Shown piece after piece: positions 24,347 to 32,000 of a stretch of DNA of 32,000 nt. The number at the start of each line of letters is the position of its first letter. The stretch's first letter is position 1. Source of the DNA: an uncultured Alphaproteobacteria bacterium (GTDB lineage Bacteria > Pseudomonadota > Alphaproteobacteria > Rs-D84). The position numbers and the translations under genes are program-made. The stretch lies in NCBI GenBank assembly GCA_963931495.1, contig OZ007020.1, positions 840,001 to 872,000 of the forward strand, read 5' to 3'. The notes below the pieces were generated by a model. The model ran no database searches, was not told where the DNA came from, and was given only the letters and a program-made list of their open reading frames with translations.

Positions 24347-25552
24347 TTATTCAAAGATTTCTTCTAAATAATTGTTGACCATTCTTGAACGGAATGTGAT
24401 GTGTTCCGCTGGATACGGTGCAGTAAAATCAAAATCAAACACTATTTTTCCTTGTTGTATCTGATCAGGAGTATTTAAACTGCCATCGGTCCAACATTCT
24501 CCGCCAATAATCGCCCCAATATTTTTTAAATAGCGCAAATAATTATTCACACTTTCACATACATCATCGCAATATGTCTTTGTAATGTTGCGATCTACCG
24601 CCCATAAGTGTGCGCTTAACAAACTATCATTTATGATATCTGCTGTACGACGAACACTTAAAAAGCACCATTTGCTATCCTCTGTTGCACTACGGTTACC
24701 CCATAATCTAAAACCATCTTGTTGGATTATTGTTGCAACATTATTTTCATTGAGATAATTTGCTACACAAGCCGTATCCCCAAGTGTGAAATCTATAGGC
24801 TTTGAAATACCTGATATTCCGTTGATAGTCAAATTTGACGGTGACCACCAAAAACCACGATCATTATCTGATTTTGCAATAACCCCAGCCACATGAGCAC
24901 TAGCAGGTTCTTCCGTTATTTGGTCGCCTTTATAAACCTTAACCCACGGATATATGCAATATACACGAGACGAAGCAACGGTTTTAGCATGCTGTACTGC
25001 ATCTTCTTTCGTAGAATTTGGGCAATCTACAACCGCTATTGCTCTCAAACGTTCTGCAACCGTCTTTAACGCCGTAACAACAGCATTTGTGGTTTCATCA
25101 GATGTTTGATGAGTAAAACCAGGTGCTATCAAAATACGTGGTTGAACTGCACATTCTGATTGTGAAGCCAGCAAACATTGTACGCCACGATAAGTACCGT
25201 CAGCATTTGTGCCACCTACTACATCTGCCTCATTTATCTTTGAGGCATCTAATTCGCCCTCTTCGTTCAAAAACTCTTCGTTTTCTGGATCTGCTACGTT
25301 AACCACCACAACCACTGCACCAGTTTGATCAAAAATAGCATTTAACGCTGCAGGTATTGTATAGCCCTTGGTGTCTTCGCCAAATATCTTTACCGCCTCG
25401 CTTTTAGACCCCAATACAAGTGTTGGTGTATTAACTGGTCCTTGAGGTGCTGTACCTACTAACCCTATAACCGATGATGTCACAGTAGTCACAGGTCTGG
25501 ACCCACTATCTAGTTCTATTACTTCTATACCGTGTAAAAAAGTTTCTGCCAT
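24347..25552 (-). CDS. Contractile tail sheath protein (P2 FI-like)
   Basis: 401 aa. N-terminus FLHGIEVIELDSGSRPVTTVTSSVIGLVGTAP is typical of sheath proteins. Confidence 0.9.
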   Translation of the reverse strand: MAETFLHGIEVIELDSGSRPVTTVTSSVIGLVGTAPQGPVNTPTLVLGSKSEAVKIFGEDTKGYTIPAALNAIFDQTGAVVVVVNVADPENEEFLNEEGELDASKINEADVVGGTNADGTYRGVQCLLASQSECAVQPRILIAPGFTHQTSDETTNAVVTALKTVAERLRAIAVVDCPNSTKEDAVQHAKTVASSRVYCIYPWVKVYKGDQITEEPASAHVAGVIAKSDNDRGFWWSPSNLTINGISGISKPIDFTLGDTACVANYLNENNVATIIQQDGFRLWGNRSATEDSKWCFLSVRRTADIINDSLLSAHLWAVDRNITKTYCDDVCESVNNYLRYLKNIGAIIGGECWTDGSLNTPDQIQQGKIVFDFDFTAPYPAEHITFRSRMVNNYLEEIFE

Positions 25553-25573
25553 GTTGTTTACTCCTTTGATTCC

Positions 25574-26164
25574 TTATGAAATGAGATTATATTTTCTTAA
25601 AGTGTCTTCAATGTCGCTTAAAAGTGCCATTGTTCCTGCTTTTTGTGGAACATCTATGTCCGCACCGTTATTTATTTTTTGTGTAAACGTTTTTGGCCAT
25701 GGCCCCTTTTCATATCCAAGAGTAGCCGTCTTTTTTACTGGGAATATACCTAGTACCGGTGAAACACCTATAATATCTTCTGAATTATACCGTATATAAA
25801 AAGTTGTACCTACCGTTGATATTCCTAATTTCCATTCGTATCCCGAAGTTGTTTCAGAATATTTACCTTTTATTGTTACTGGATATATTTTCCCTCCATT
25901 TCCAGGTGGTATATCTAGTACCAAATTTCCAATAAACGTGTCACCATTTTTAGAAGCTTTTTCATTCAAGGCGTTTGAAACAAATTCTGTTGTTGCAAAC
26001 TGTTTGCTTTGCGTACCAGGTTCTGCTGTTGGTCCAAGTGGTATCCCCGTAAAATTTGGTGAATCCACATCTGCTTTCTTTTCTAGTTCTTGTATTATTT
26101 CTTTTGCAAAAACCTTGTGTTTATCCCTGGTCCATGAACAAAATAACCATTTTGCTAAACTCAT
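25574..26164 (-). CDS. Second tail-fibre-like protein (fibre repeat plus distinct C-terminal tip)
   Basis: Contains one copy of the fibre repeat (DSPNFTGIPLGPTAEPGTQSKQFATTEFV) and the KASKNGDTFIGNLVL fibre motif, followed by a unique ~120-aa tip. Confidence 0.6.
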   Translation of the reverse strand: MSLAKWLFCSWTRDKHKVFAKEIIQELEKKADVDSPNFTGIPLGPTAEPGTQSKQFATTEFVSNALNEKASKNGDTFIGNLVLDIPPGNGGKIYPVTIKGKYSETTSGYEWKLGISTVGTTFYIRYNSEDIIGVSPVLGIFPVKKTATLGYEKGPWPKTFTQKINNGADIDVPQKAGTMALLSDIEDTLRKYNLIS

Positions 26165-26179
26165 TTAATATCCTTTCTT

Positions 26180-26953
26180 TTAAAGTTTTTTTATTCTTAA
26201 AAGACCTGCACCTGGTGTCATAGATACAAATGCCGTACTACGCCATCCACTGTCACCGCCTTTGCCAATACTTGTATCTTCGGGCCAGTTTGTATTTGAA
26301 CAACCAGAAGGTGTTCTACTGGGACTTGTAGATGAAGATTGACGGCCAGTAATTGTGGTTGGATTGTTTATCAATACTTCAACAACACTTGAACCAGATA
26401 TTGTATTTGTTCCCATTGCGCCTGCTGTTCTGGTGCTGCCCGAAGATGAAGAAGAAACTATTTTTGCACCGCCTCCGCCTCCTGCTTTTGCGGTCAAGTC
26501 CCCAAATCCTATTATATTTGCAAAACCACCGTTCGTTCCATTGATCGTCGTTCCAGAGTTACCAAATGTTCCTATTTTTGTTTGCCCTTTATCCCCTAAA
26601 TTCAGTGTAACTGTGGCATTTGCATTTAATTTTGCTACAAATTGTAATGTGCCACCAACTCCACCTTGGGCATAATGATGATTATTAACAACAACACTAC
26701 GAGCCCCAGCCCCCCCACCACCACTACCAATTAAAGTGATTTCATATAATCCCGATGCCAATGATTGAGTATATGTTCCAGGAGTTTTCGTTTCAAATAT
26801 CAAAACTGGCTCACTACTGTAAAACTCTTTGGCTAGGTTATTTATACCTATATACCCCCGGACAACTTTACGTGCTAAATTAGCAACCCCGATATAAATA
26901 GTCGGTACTCGCTTTGATAAATTTGCTATACCTATATAAACATTCTTAGCCAT
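26180..26953 (-). CDS. Glycine-rich-domain protein of the tail-fibre module
   Basis: Three N-terminal YIG(I/V)(A/N)NL(S/A)(K/R)(R/K/E) repeats. Then GLYEITLIGSGGGGAG...GGGGAKI...GAGLLRIKKL. No Gly-X-Y periodicity. Confidence 0.6.
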   Translation of the reverse strand: MAKNVYIGIANLSKRVPTIYIGVANLARKVVRGYIGINNLAKEFYSSEPVLIFETKTPGTYTQSLASGLYEITLIGSGGGGAGARSVVVNNHHYAQGGVGGTLQFVAKLNANATVTLNLGDKGQTKIGTFGNSGTTINGTNGGFANIIGFGDLTAKAGGGGGAKIVSSSSSGSTRTAGAMGTNTISGSSVVEVLINNPTTITGRQSSSTSPSRTPSGCSNTNWPEDTSIGKGGDSGWRSTAFVSMTPGAGLLRIKKL

Positions 26954-26959
26954 GTATTA

Positions 26960-28084
26960 TCACTCTTCATAAATTAAAAGGACATTACCTGTTGCTAATG
27001 TAGTTCCTGCACCTGGGTCATTTGTCTGGGTTTTGATATTACGAACTTCAAAAGCACCTGTAGGGTCTTTACCTGCAACCACTATTGTATCGCCATTTTT
27101 TGATGCCTTTTGAGCAATATCATTTTGAATTGTTGTTACAAAATCTGCATCATTATCAATAGCACTAGCTATTTTTTCTAACGTGTTCAAATCATCTGGT
27201 GTTTCCCCTACTAAACCGTTAACAGCATCTGTAACAGCTTTAGCAATTGCGTTCGCAACAAAAGCAGTTGTTGCTATTTGGGTTGTACTAACACCTGCGT
27301 TTGCCGTTGGGGCTGTTGGAACACCCGTAAAATTAGGTGAAGCAATATTTGCTTTTAAGCCCAATTGATTTGCAATAGTTGTTGCAAAATTTGGGTCATC
27401 ACCTAAAGCTTGTGCCAATTCATTAAGGGTATCCAAAGCTTCTGGCGAAGAATCAACTAATGATGAAATTGCGTTTGACACAGCATTTGCAATCGCATTT
27501 ACAACAAATGCTGTTGTTGCCAACTGGTCTGAATTAGTTCCTGGTTCTGCGGTGGGAGCCGAAGGCTCGCCGACAAAATTCGGAGAATCTAAATCTGCCT
27601 TATCATCAAATTTCTTTTGCCCTTGAAATGTCAAATTGCTTAAGTCCGTGTTTGCAGCCCCGTCCATAATCCCATTGTTATACGTCACAATGGTGCTACT
27701 TGCATTTGACACCCGTAAAATCATACGAACACCAAGTTCTTTGACAGTTCCCTCTTCGCTAATTGGTTTATAAGTAGCTGGATATTTTCCAACAGCGAAC
27801 AAATCACCATCACTATCAAAAATACCAACTTCTCGTATCCAAAAGCCACCATGTTCAGCAGTTATGATTGCCTCGGCAACAATGCAATCTGGTTCATTGT
27901 CTATATTTGCGACCTTGGTTAATGCACAACGATATTGCTCACTATTAAGTGCTGTCTGATCTTCGTACGGTGTTAGCGTACTATTACCAAACGCCATATG
28001 CGTCAATGTTAAGGTATTTCCTACTGGTAAAGACGCCAATTTCGCTAAACCAGTACTTGTTATAATTGAGAAAAATTCAGCCAT
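26960..28084 (-). CDS. Tail fibre protein (P2 gpH-like N-terminus)
   Basis: The ATG at 28084 lies 1 nt after the gpI stop (TAAcATG). N-terminus FSIITSTGLAKLAS...MAFGN resembles the gpH baseplate-attachment domain. Two ~82-aa tandem fibre repeats. Confidence 0.8.
   Translation of the reverse strand: MAEFFSIITSTGLAKLASLPVGNTLTLTHMAFGNSTLTPYEDQTALNSEQYRCALTKVANIDNEPDCIVAEAIITAEHGGFWIREVGIFDSDGDLFAVGKYPATYKPISEEGTVKELGVRMILRVSNASSTIVTYNNGIMDGAANTDLSNLTFQGQKKFDDKADLDSPNFVGEPSAPTAEPGTNSDQLATTAFVVNAIANAVSNAISSLVDSSPEALDTLNELAQALGDDPNFATTIANQLGLKANIASPNFTGVPTAPTANAGVSTTQIATTAFVANAIAKAVTDAVNGLVGETPDDLNTLEKIASAIDNDADFVTTIQNDIAQKASKNGDTIVVAGKDPTGAFEVRNIKTQTNDPGAGTTLATGNVLLIYEE
27095..27586 (-). repeat. 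Tandem duplication of a ~82-aa fibre unit within the tail fibre gene
   Basis: SPNFVGEPSAPTAEPGTNSDQLATTAFVVNAIANAV...DTLNELAQALGDDPNFATTI is followed by SPNFTGVPTAPTANAGVSTTQIATTAFVANAIAKAV...NTLEKIASAIDNDADFVTTI. Confidence 0.8.
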
Positions 28085-28085
28085 G

Positions 28086-28634
28086 TTATTCCCTCGGATA
28101 AATAGTCGTTGTTTCAAGATGCCCAAACGCTATACCATATGTCGGGCGATTACTTATCGTTTCTATTTCTGGTCTAAATTGATCTAGATGAGAACGTAAA
28201 TTTTTCGTTTGCATAATGCTCGCATGAATCAAACTTGCCTCTTCAATAGATAAACCATCTTCTTGAAAAATCGCATAAACTCGAAATGTAAACGGTTTAC
28301 CTCCATATTCAAACCATTCTTCTATACGAATATCAGCGAAACCAAAACTTGCCAGCGCACGCCTTAACGCCCCAATTGTCCCTTTAAGCTTATGAACTTG
28401 TATGCTCTCTTTAATAACTGAACGTTTGGTTTCTATGGACCAATTATTATCCCAAACATCAACTGATACTGCCCAAGCCAGCCACGGCAATATCTCTTCT
28501 GGACAATTATCAGCATTATTCATCCTACTAATTACATCAATATTCAAAGAAAGAAGCCGTTCTGTTATAACGGCTTCTACATCTTTCTGTAAAATTGATG
28601 CATTTGGTGGTAATATGCTTTTAATCTGAGTCAT
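28086..28634 (-). CDS. Baseplate/tail protein I (gpI-like)
   Basis: ILPPNAS..E..........CPEEILPWLAWAVSVDVWDNNW pattern, and position after gpJ. Confidence 0.8.
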   Translation of the reverse strand: MTQIKSILPPNASILQKDVEAVITERLLSLNIDVISRMNNADNCPEEILPWLAWAVSVDVWDNNWSIETKRSVIKESIQVHKLKGTIGALRRALASFGFADIRIEEWFEYGGKPFTFRVYAIFQEDGLSIEEASLIHASIMQTKNLRSHLDQFRPEIETISNRPTYGIAFGHLETTTIYPRE

Positions 28635-29511
28635 TTATTATCACAAATTCTAAATTGATATTTTTACACACAGGTGCTTGTTCTTTATCAGTGCTTATAT
28701 CTTGTTGTGGTGACAACAATTCAACTTTTTGAACACCCTCTGTATGCAAGGCATCAAAAATGCCAGACCGAGCAATCAAGTTACCTATAGTTGTATGCTT
28801 TTTGATATAAATATCTAATGCAGCTCGACATTCTTGTTCAGTAACTGTCATGCTCGGGGCAATAAATATATAAATCTTAGCTTCTATATCATATTCTACT
28901 AATTTGGCACTTTGAACTGTTACTTGGTCCGTCAAAGGTCGCTTATCTTCAGACGTTATATAATCACTTACCGTTTTGACCAACTCTTCACCGGCCGTTC
29001 CGCCATCTTCTGTAGATAATATAGATATCAGCACTTTTCCTGGTGATGGGGATTGAACGCTAGCGGATGCGACCCTTGAATCAGCCGTCAAAGTGTGAAA
29101 CAAATAGGCTTTTTCCGAACCGGCTGTAGTCAAAGCCTCCAATCCCAATTGCGCTCTATATCTTAGTCGTTCGTCTGTTTCATTTTCCAAACGTATCAGA
29201 CCATAAAATGATGCTAAATTATCTAAATCAGCCCCTGTCGCATAAGCTAACATATTTGCTTTTGCAGCCTCATTTATACGTTGGCGCAATAACAACTCAC
29301 GATACGCAGCACATTCTAGTATAATTATGACCGGATCTGATTCTAGTAGAGCATCATAATCGGGGCAACGAGATCTAAAATCTGTCAACAAACTTTGAAA
29401 TATGTTTTCAAAAGACAGTTCTTCAACCACATTAGGAAAAGGTAAAAGCGACATATCAACGTGTGTCGGTGTTATCAAACTTTGAATATCGTCTTTGTTC
29501 GCTGTACTCAT
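28621..29511 (-). CDS. Baseplate protein J (gpJ/gp47 family)
   Basis: 296 aa. Motif ECAAYRELLLRQRINEAAKANMLAYATGADLDNLASFYG. Confidence 0.85.
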   Translation of the reverse strand: MSTANKDDIQSLITPTHVDMSLLPFPNVVEELSFENIFQSLLTDFRSRCPDYDALLESDPVIIILECAAYRELLLRQRINEAAKANMLAYATGADLDNLASFYGLIRLENETDERLRYRAQLGLEALTTAGSEKAYLFHTLTADSRVASASVQSPSPGKVLISILSTEDGGTAGEELVKTVSDYITSEDKRPLTDQVTVQSAKLVEYDIEAKIYIFIAPSMTVTEQECRAALDIYIKKHTTIGNLIARSGIFDALHTEGVQKVELLSPQQDISTDKEQAPVCKNINLEFVIINDSD

Positions 29512-29846
29512 TGTATCGTTATCCCATTGATATTTATTATTTCCCCAGTCGGGATATATACCCCGTCCAAAGTCAGAACTATCTTCCCCGGTATAAGTTC
29601 GGTTACTGTCACGGCTGTTACTTTTATGCGTGGTTCATAATTAAAAAGTGCCTCTACAACATCTGAATAAATCTCGGCAACCAGATCCCCAGTCAAAGGT
29701 GCGTCTAGCCGTTGAAATAACCTTGACCCATAATCACGCCGCATTGGTCTAGACCCTATCGGTGTGCTTAAAATATCCATTATTGATTGTTGAAGATGCG
29801 AAAAATCAGCCAGTGGTTTTCCACTGGCTTTATCCATTCCGTTCAT
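29508..29846 (-). CDS. Baseplate wedge protein W (GPW/gp25 family)
   Basis: 112 aa. SIMDILSTPIGSRPMRRDYGSRL is the hallmark of gp25-like proteins. Confidence 0.85.
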   Translation of the reverse strand: MNGMDKASGKPLADFSHLQQSIMDILSTPIGSRPMRRDYGSRLFQRLDAPLTGDLVAEIYSDVVEALFNYEPRIKVTAVTVTELIPGKIVLTLDGVYIPTGEIININGITIQ

Positions 29847-29856
29847 TTACATTACT

Positions 29857-30435
29857 CTATGAAGGTATCATTGTTGTTGAAGTTGCAGGAACATTGCCTC
29901 CATTGTATGCAAACTTGTGTGTATGCGTAGACAATTTCACGTTTTTACCCGTAACTTCGCCTGTTGCTTTTAACTCACCAGACGTGTTTATATCGCCATC
30001 AGCAGTTAAATTACCAGATGTTTTCATATCGCCAATAGCTTCAACATTACCATCTACTTTCATGTTGCCGGTACAGCTTATATTCCCATTGTTTTTTACT
30101 TCGCCTGTTTGCTCAATATCGCTATTTAGAACTATTTTCTTATCATCGGCACTTGGCGCTGGCATAGAACTTTGATACAATGCTGGTAATATCATACCCA
30201 TTCGTAAATCACCATTTGGTGACAAAACAACCACTTGTTCACCCATTTTTAATGGTATCCATGCCGAGGTGCTTGGTGTTAACCATGGCAAATAGCCTGT
30301 GGTTATTTCACCGATTTTTACCCGTGCTTTAGCTTTATTGTAGTCTACTGTCACAACTTTTCCCATGCGAACTATATTACTAACCCTACGTAACAATTCG
30401 CTAATTTGTCTGCCTTGTTCAATCGATGTCATCAT
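29857..30435 (-). CDS. Baseplate assembly/spike protein V (gpV-like)
   Basis: 192 aa. GKVVTVDYNKAKARVKIGEITTGYLPWL OB-fold region followed by a repetitive beta-helix-like tail. Confidence 0.85.
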   Translation of the reverse strand: MMTSIEQGRQISELLRRVSNIVRMGKVVTVDYNKAKARVKIGEITTGYLPWLTPSTSAWIPLKMGEQVVVLSPNGDLRMGMILPALYQSSMPAPSADDKKIVLNSDIEQTGEVKNNGNISCTGNMKVDGNVEAIGDMKTSGNLTADGDINTSGELKATGEVTGKNVKLSTHTHKFAYNGGNVPATSTTMIPS

Positions 30436-30859
30436 TGTGTGTTTCCGTCATATATGTAAGAGAATATTCTAATAGAATTGCACCATATATTTTATTTCCG
30501 ACAATATTATGCTCAACCTGCGTACGTTTAAAGCGTAAAATTGCGTTTTTTCTATTGGGTATTGTCCAACCGTCCAAAGACTTTTCTATTTTCTCGGCAA
30601 TATCATCCAAAATGTTATCCAAATCGTCACGACCACTTGATATTGCCTCTATGAATATTTCTAATTCACGGGTTAGTTCCCCACACCCGTCAGCATCCCA
30701 ACGTTCTGCTATAATCTGTTCATTGTTTGTATAAACTAAAATTGCAGGTAAATCTTGGTCGAACATAGGAATTGAACGACCAGAAAATATTTTTACGTTT
30801 GGAACTTTTTTAAGCTGTTCTGCTATTTTATCCCGAATGTCTGATCTTGGGTGTGTCAT
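30419..30859 (-). CDS. Neck / tail-completion protein candidate
   Basis: 146 aa between the head-tail joining gene and the baseplate genes. No motif I can name; the call is positional. Confidence 0.4.
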   Translation of the reverse strand: MTHPRSDIRDKIAEQLKKVPNVKIFSGRSIPMFDQDLPAILVYTNNEQIIAERWDADGCGELTRELEIFIEAISSGRDDLDNILDDIAEKIEKSLDGWTIPNRKNAILRFKRTQVEHNIVGNKIYGAILLEYSLTYMTETHNDDID

Positions 30860-31188
30860 GCTGTTTCGTGTAGTACTAGTTTTCTTGATCCAGGTATATG
30901 ATGCTCTATATCAATAACTTGATATTCTATGTCCCAAATCTTTACATAATCACCTTGTAATGGTGTCGGATATTCTGGCGGAAAATTTACAAGTCGCACA
31001 AAAAGTACTATTTTTGCGCTAGATATATCTGCACCAGCGTTTTTTAATTCAACTTCCATATAACTTTTATGAAAGTCACCAATTATTTCAAACGGAAGAA
31101 AAGCCTTATTCTTTGGGCGGTACATTACTCGCCGCCCAAAGATTGCCATATTTGGTTTATTAACAAAGTTATCAAAATCAAATGGCAT
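30856..31188 (-). CDS. Head-tail joining protein candidate (lambda gpFII-like pattern)
   Basis: 110 aa. M.FDFDNF start, ..GDYVKI.., and overall spacing resemble gpFII-type connectors. Lies immediately after the capsid gene. Confidence 0.45.
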   Translation of the reverse strand: MPFDFDNFVNKPNMAIFGRRVMYRPKNKAFLPFEIIGDFHKSYMEVELKNAGADISSAKIVLFVRLVNFPPEYPTPLQGDYVKIWDIEYQVIDIEHHIPGSRKLVLHETA

Positions 31189-31189
31189 T

Positions 31190-32000
31190 TTATGAACCTG
31201 ATTTTGTCAGAGTTACTTGACAAGCGTGTTGCCAATAGCCGTATCCAACGTTGCGCCATGTATCTACTCCATACTGGTGGGCATCGTTATCAAATTCATA
31301 TTCTGAACCCTCGGCCTTGGCTTTTACTTGTACCTTTGTTTCTTCCTGACGGATAAATGCTTTTACATCACCGTCCGCTCGAAAAACATAGATTTTACTT
31401 CCATTCAAACGTGGATTTGCCGCAACAGCGATATCCAAATCTGCCAAAACCTTTACAGGGTTAGTTGCACCACCTGTAGTCAATGGAACCGCCAGCGCAG
31501 CTTTGGCTACGAACCACAAATTTACTGGAACCATCACAACAAAACGAGTTGCGTTTTCATTTGTTGGTTCACCTTGATCATCCTTAAAACTGATAATTTG
31601 CTGAATACCTGCCAATATCGCCTCACGCAATGCGGCTTCAGTTGGTGCGGTTACTGTGCCAACCTCCCCATTGATACCTGCTGACATCAAATTAAAGTCT
31701 ATTTTATTTGATTGTACACCGGACTTACCCTCTTTGTGATTTTCTGCAAAGAAAGGTTTCCCGTCATAGCATTCGCCGGTTTCGCCATTTATTATCAGTT
31801 TAGATAATAACAATGCCCAATGAGAATTTGTACGTGTGGCCAATTCACCAATACGGGCTTTGATTTGACCAGTTTTATCACGGCGCAAATGTTTTACAGG
31901 AATATCTAATGTAGCCTCAAAATGCTTATTCTCAATTGAGATACCGTTAGATGTAAAACCCTTAGAATGACGACCTCCAATCCATTCACGCATTACTGGG
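31190..32000 (-). CDS. Major capsid protein, Mu gpT-like (N-terminus outside the window)
   Basis: The frame stays open to base 32000. MREWIGGR...F.ATL.....L..D..G........L......H......L.....CYDG..FF...H resembles my memory of Mu gpT. Confidence 0.75.
   Translation of the reverse strand, partial: PVMREWIGGRHSKGFTSNGISIENKHFEATLDIPVKHLRRDKTGQIKARIGELATRTNSHWALLLSKLIINGETGECYDGKPFFAENHKEGKSGVQSNKIDFNLMSAGINGEVGTVTAPTEAALREAILAGIQQIISFKDDQGEPTNENATRFVVMVPVNLWFVAKAALAVPLTTGGATNPVKVLADLDIAVAANPRLNGSKIYVFRADGDVKAFIRQEETKVQVKAKAEGSEYEFDNDAHQYGVDTWRNVGYGYWQHACQVTLTKSGS

Larger units (their letters stand above)
18006..32000 (-). mobile_element. Prophage late region (Mu-like capsid gene plus P2/phiCTX-type contractile tail and lysis cassette); continues beyond the right edge
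   Basis: Uninterrupted minus-strand array of recognisable virion and lysis genes with overlapping start and stop codons. Confidence 0.9.

Noticed and set aside
26180-26953. Collagen-like or PE_PGRS-like interpretation of the glycine-rich proteins
   Set aside because: There is no Gly-X-Y triplet periodicity or PE/PPE N-terminus. The composition and the flanking G.Y...(L/V)IG.GG and GAG.L(R/K)I motifs fit the phage-associated glycine-rich domain type instead.
25574-28126. Mu G-segment-like tail-fibre inversion driven by the Hin/Gin-type recombinase at 5023..5622
   Set aside because: All three fibre-module ORFs are co-oriented. I found no inverted repeats flanking or inside them. The only clear IRs near the recombinase bracket the methyltransferase TRD.
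1-32000. CRISPR arrays, tRNA/rRNA genes, IS elements, a diversity-generating retroelement acting on the fibre genes, simple-sequence-repeat phase switches, and uptake signal sequences
   Set aside because: I saw no regularly spaced direct repeats, no cloverleaf-like intergenic sequence, no transposase or reverse transcriptase ORF, and no template/variable repeat pair. Only short homopolymers occur (A7 at the SLP1 and SLP2 starts, T9 at 5635-5643). There are only near-misses to the Haemophilus USS or Neisseria DUS (for example ACCGCACTC near 4640), which are not informative.

Overview
Visibly AT-rich, Gram-negative-type accessory DNA in three blocks. No searches were possible, so all family calls rest on motifs, synteny and memory. 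(A) 1-7.7 kb is a DNA-modification island. The 3' end of a large upstream gene is translationally coupled to a 1122-aa gamma-class N6-adenine methyltransferase with a fused TaqI_C-type target-recognition domain (Eco57I / Type IIG / PglX-like build). Its last ~300 aa are duplicated as an oppositely oriented cassette (4043-4960). A 100-bp perfect, codon-phase-matched inverted repeat (3313-3412 / 4702-4801) brackets the two divergent specificity tails, and a Hin/Gin-class small serine recombinase gene lies 62 bp away. I read this as an invertase-driven specificity switch; it is my top finding. An EcoRI-family methyltransferase and a signal-peptide-bearing staphylococcal-nuclease-fold protein follow. 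(B) 7.8-17.9 kb is a surface-lipoprotein island. It holds a TPR+DUF560 Slam-type (type 11 secretion) outer-membrane protein and four paralogous lipobox proteins with a TbpB-like C-terminal barrel ending in FGAK/FGVKK. Two convergent paralogs share a 53-bp perfect in-frame inverted repeat. One paralog carries a DDRGD-repeat linker with four RGD motifs. The island also contains a glycine-rich gene cut by a single in-frame TGA, a signal-less beta-rich 390-aa protein, and an outer-membrane beta-barrel protein. (C) 18.0-32.0 kb is the late region of a prophage on the minus strand. It runs from a Mu gpT-like capsid gene (truncated at the window edge) through connector genes, a P2-type baseplate and fibre module (V-W-J-I-H), sheath, tube, E/E' chaperone with a -1 frameshift, tape measure, U-X-D, and a terminal lysis cassette with overlapping spanins. 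One antisense moron sits between tape measure and gpU. I saw no CRISPR array, rRNA, tRNA or IS element.
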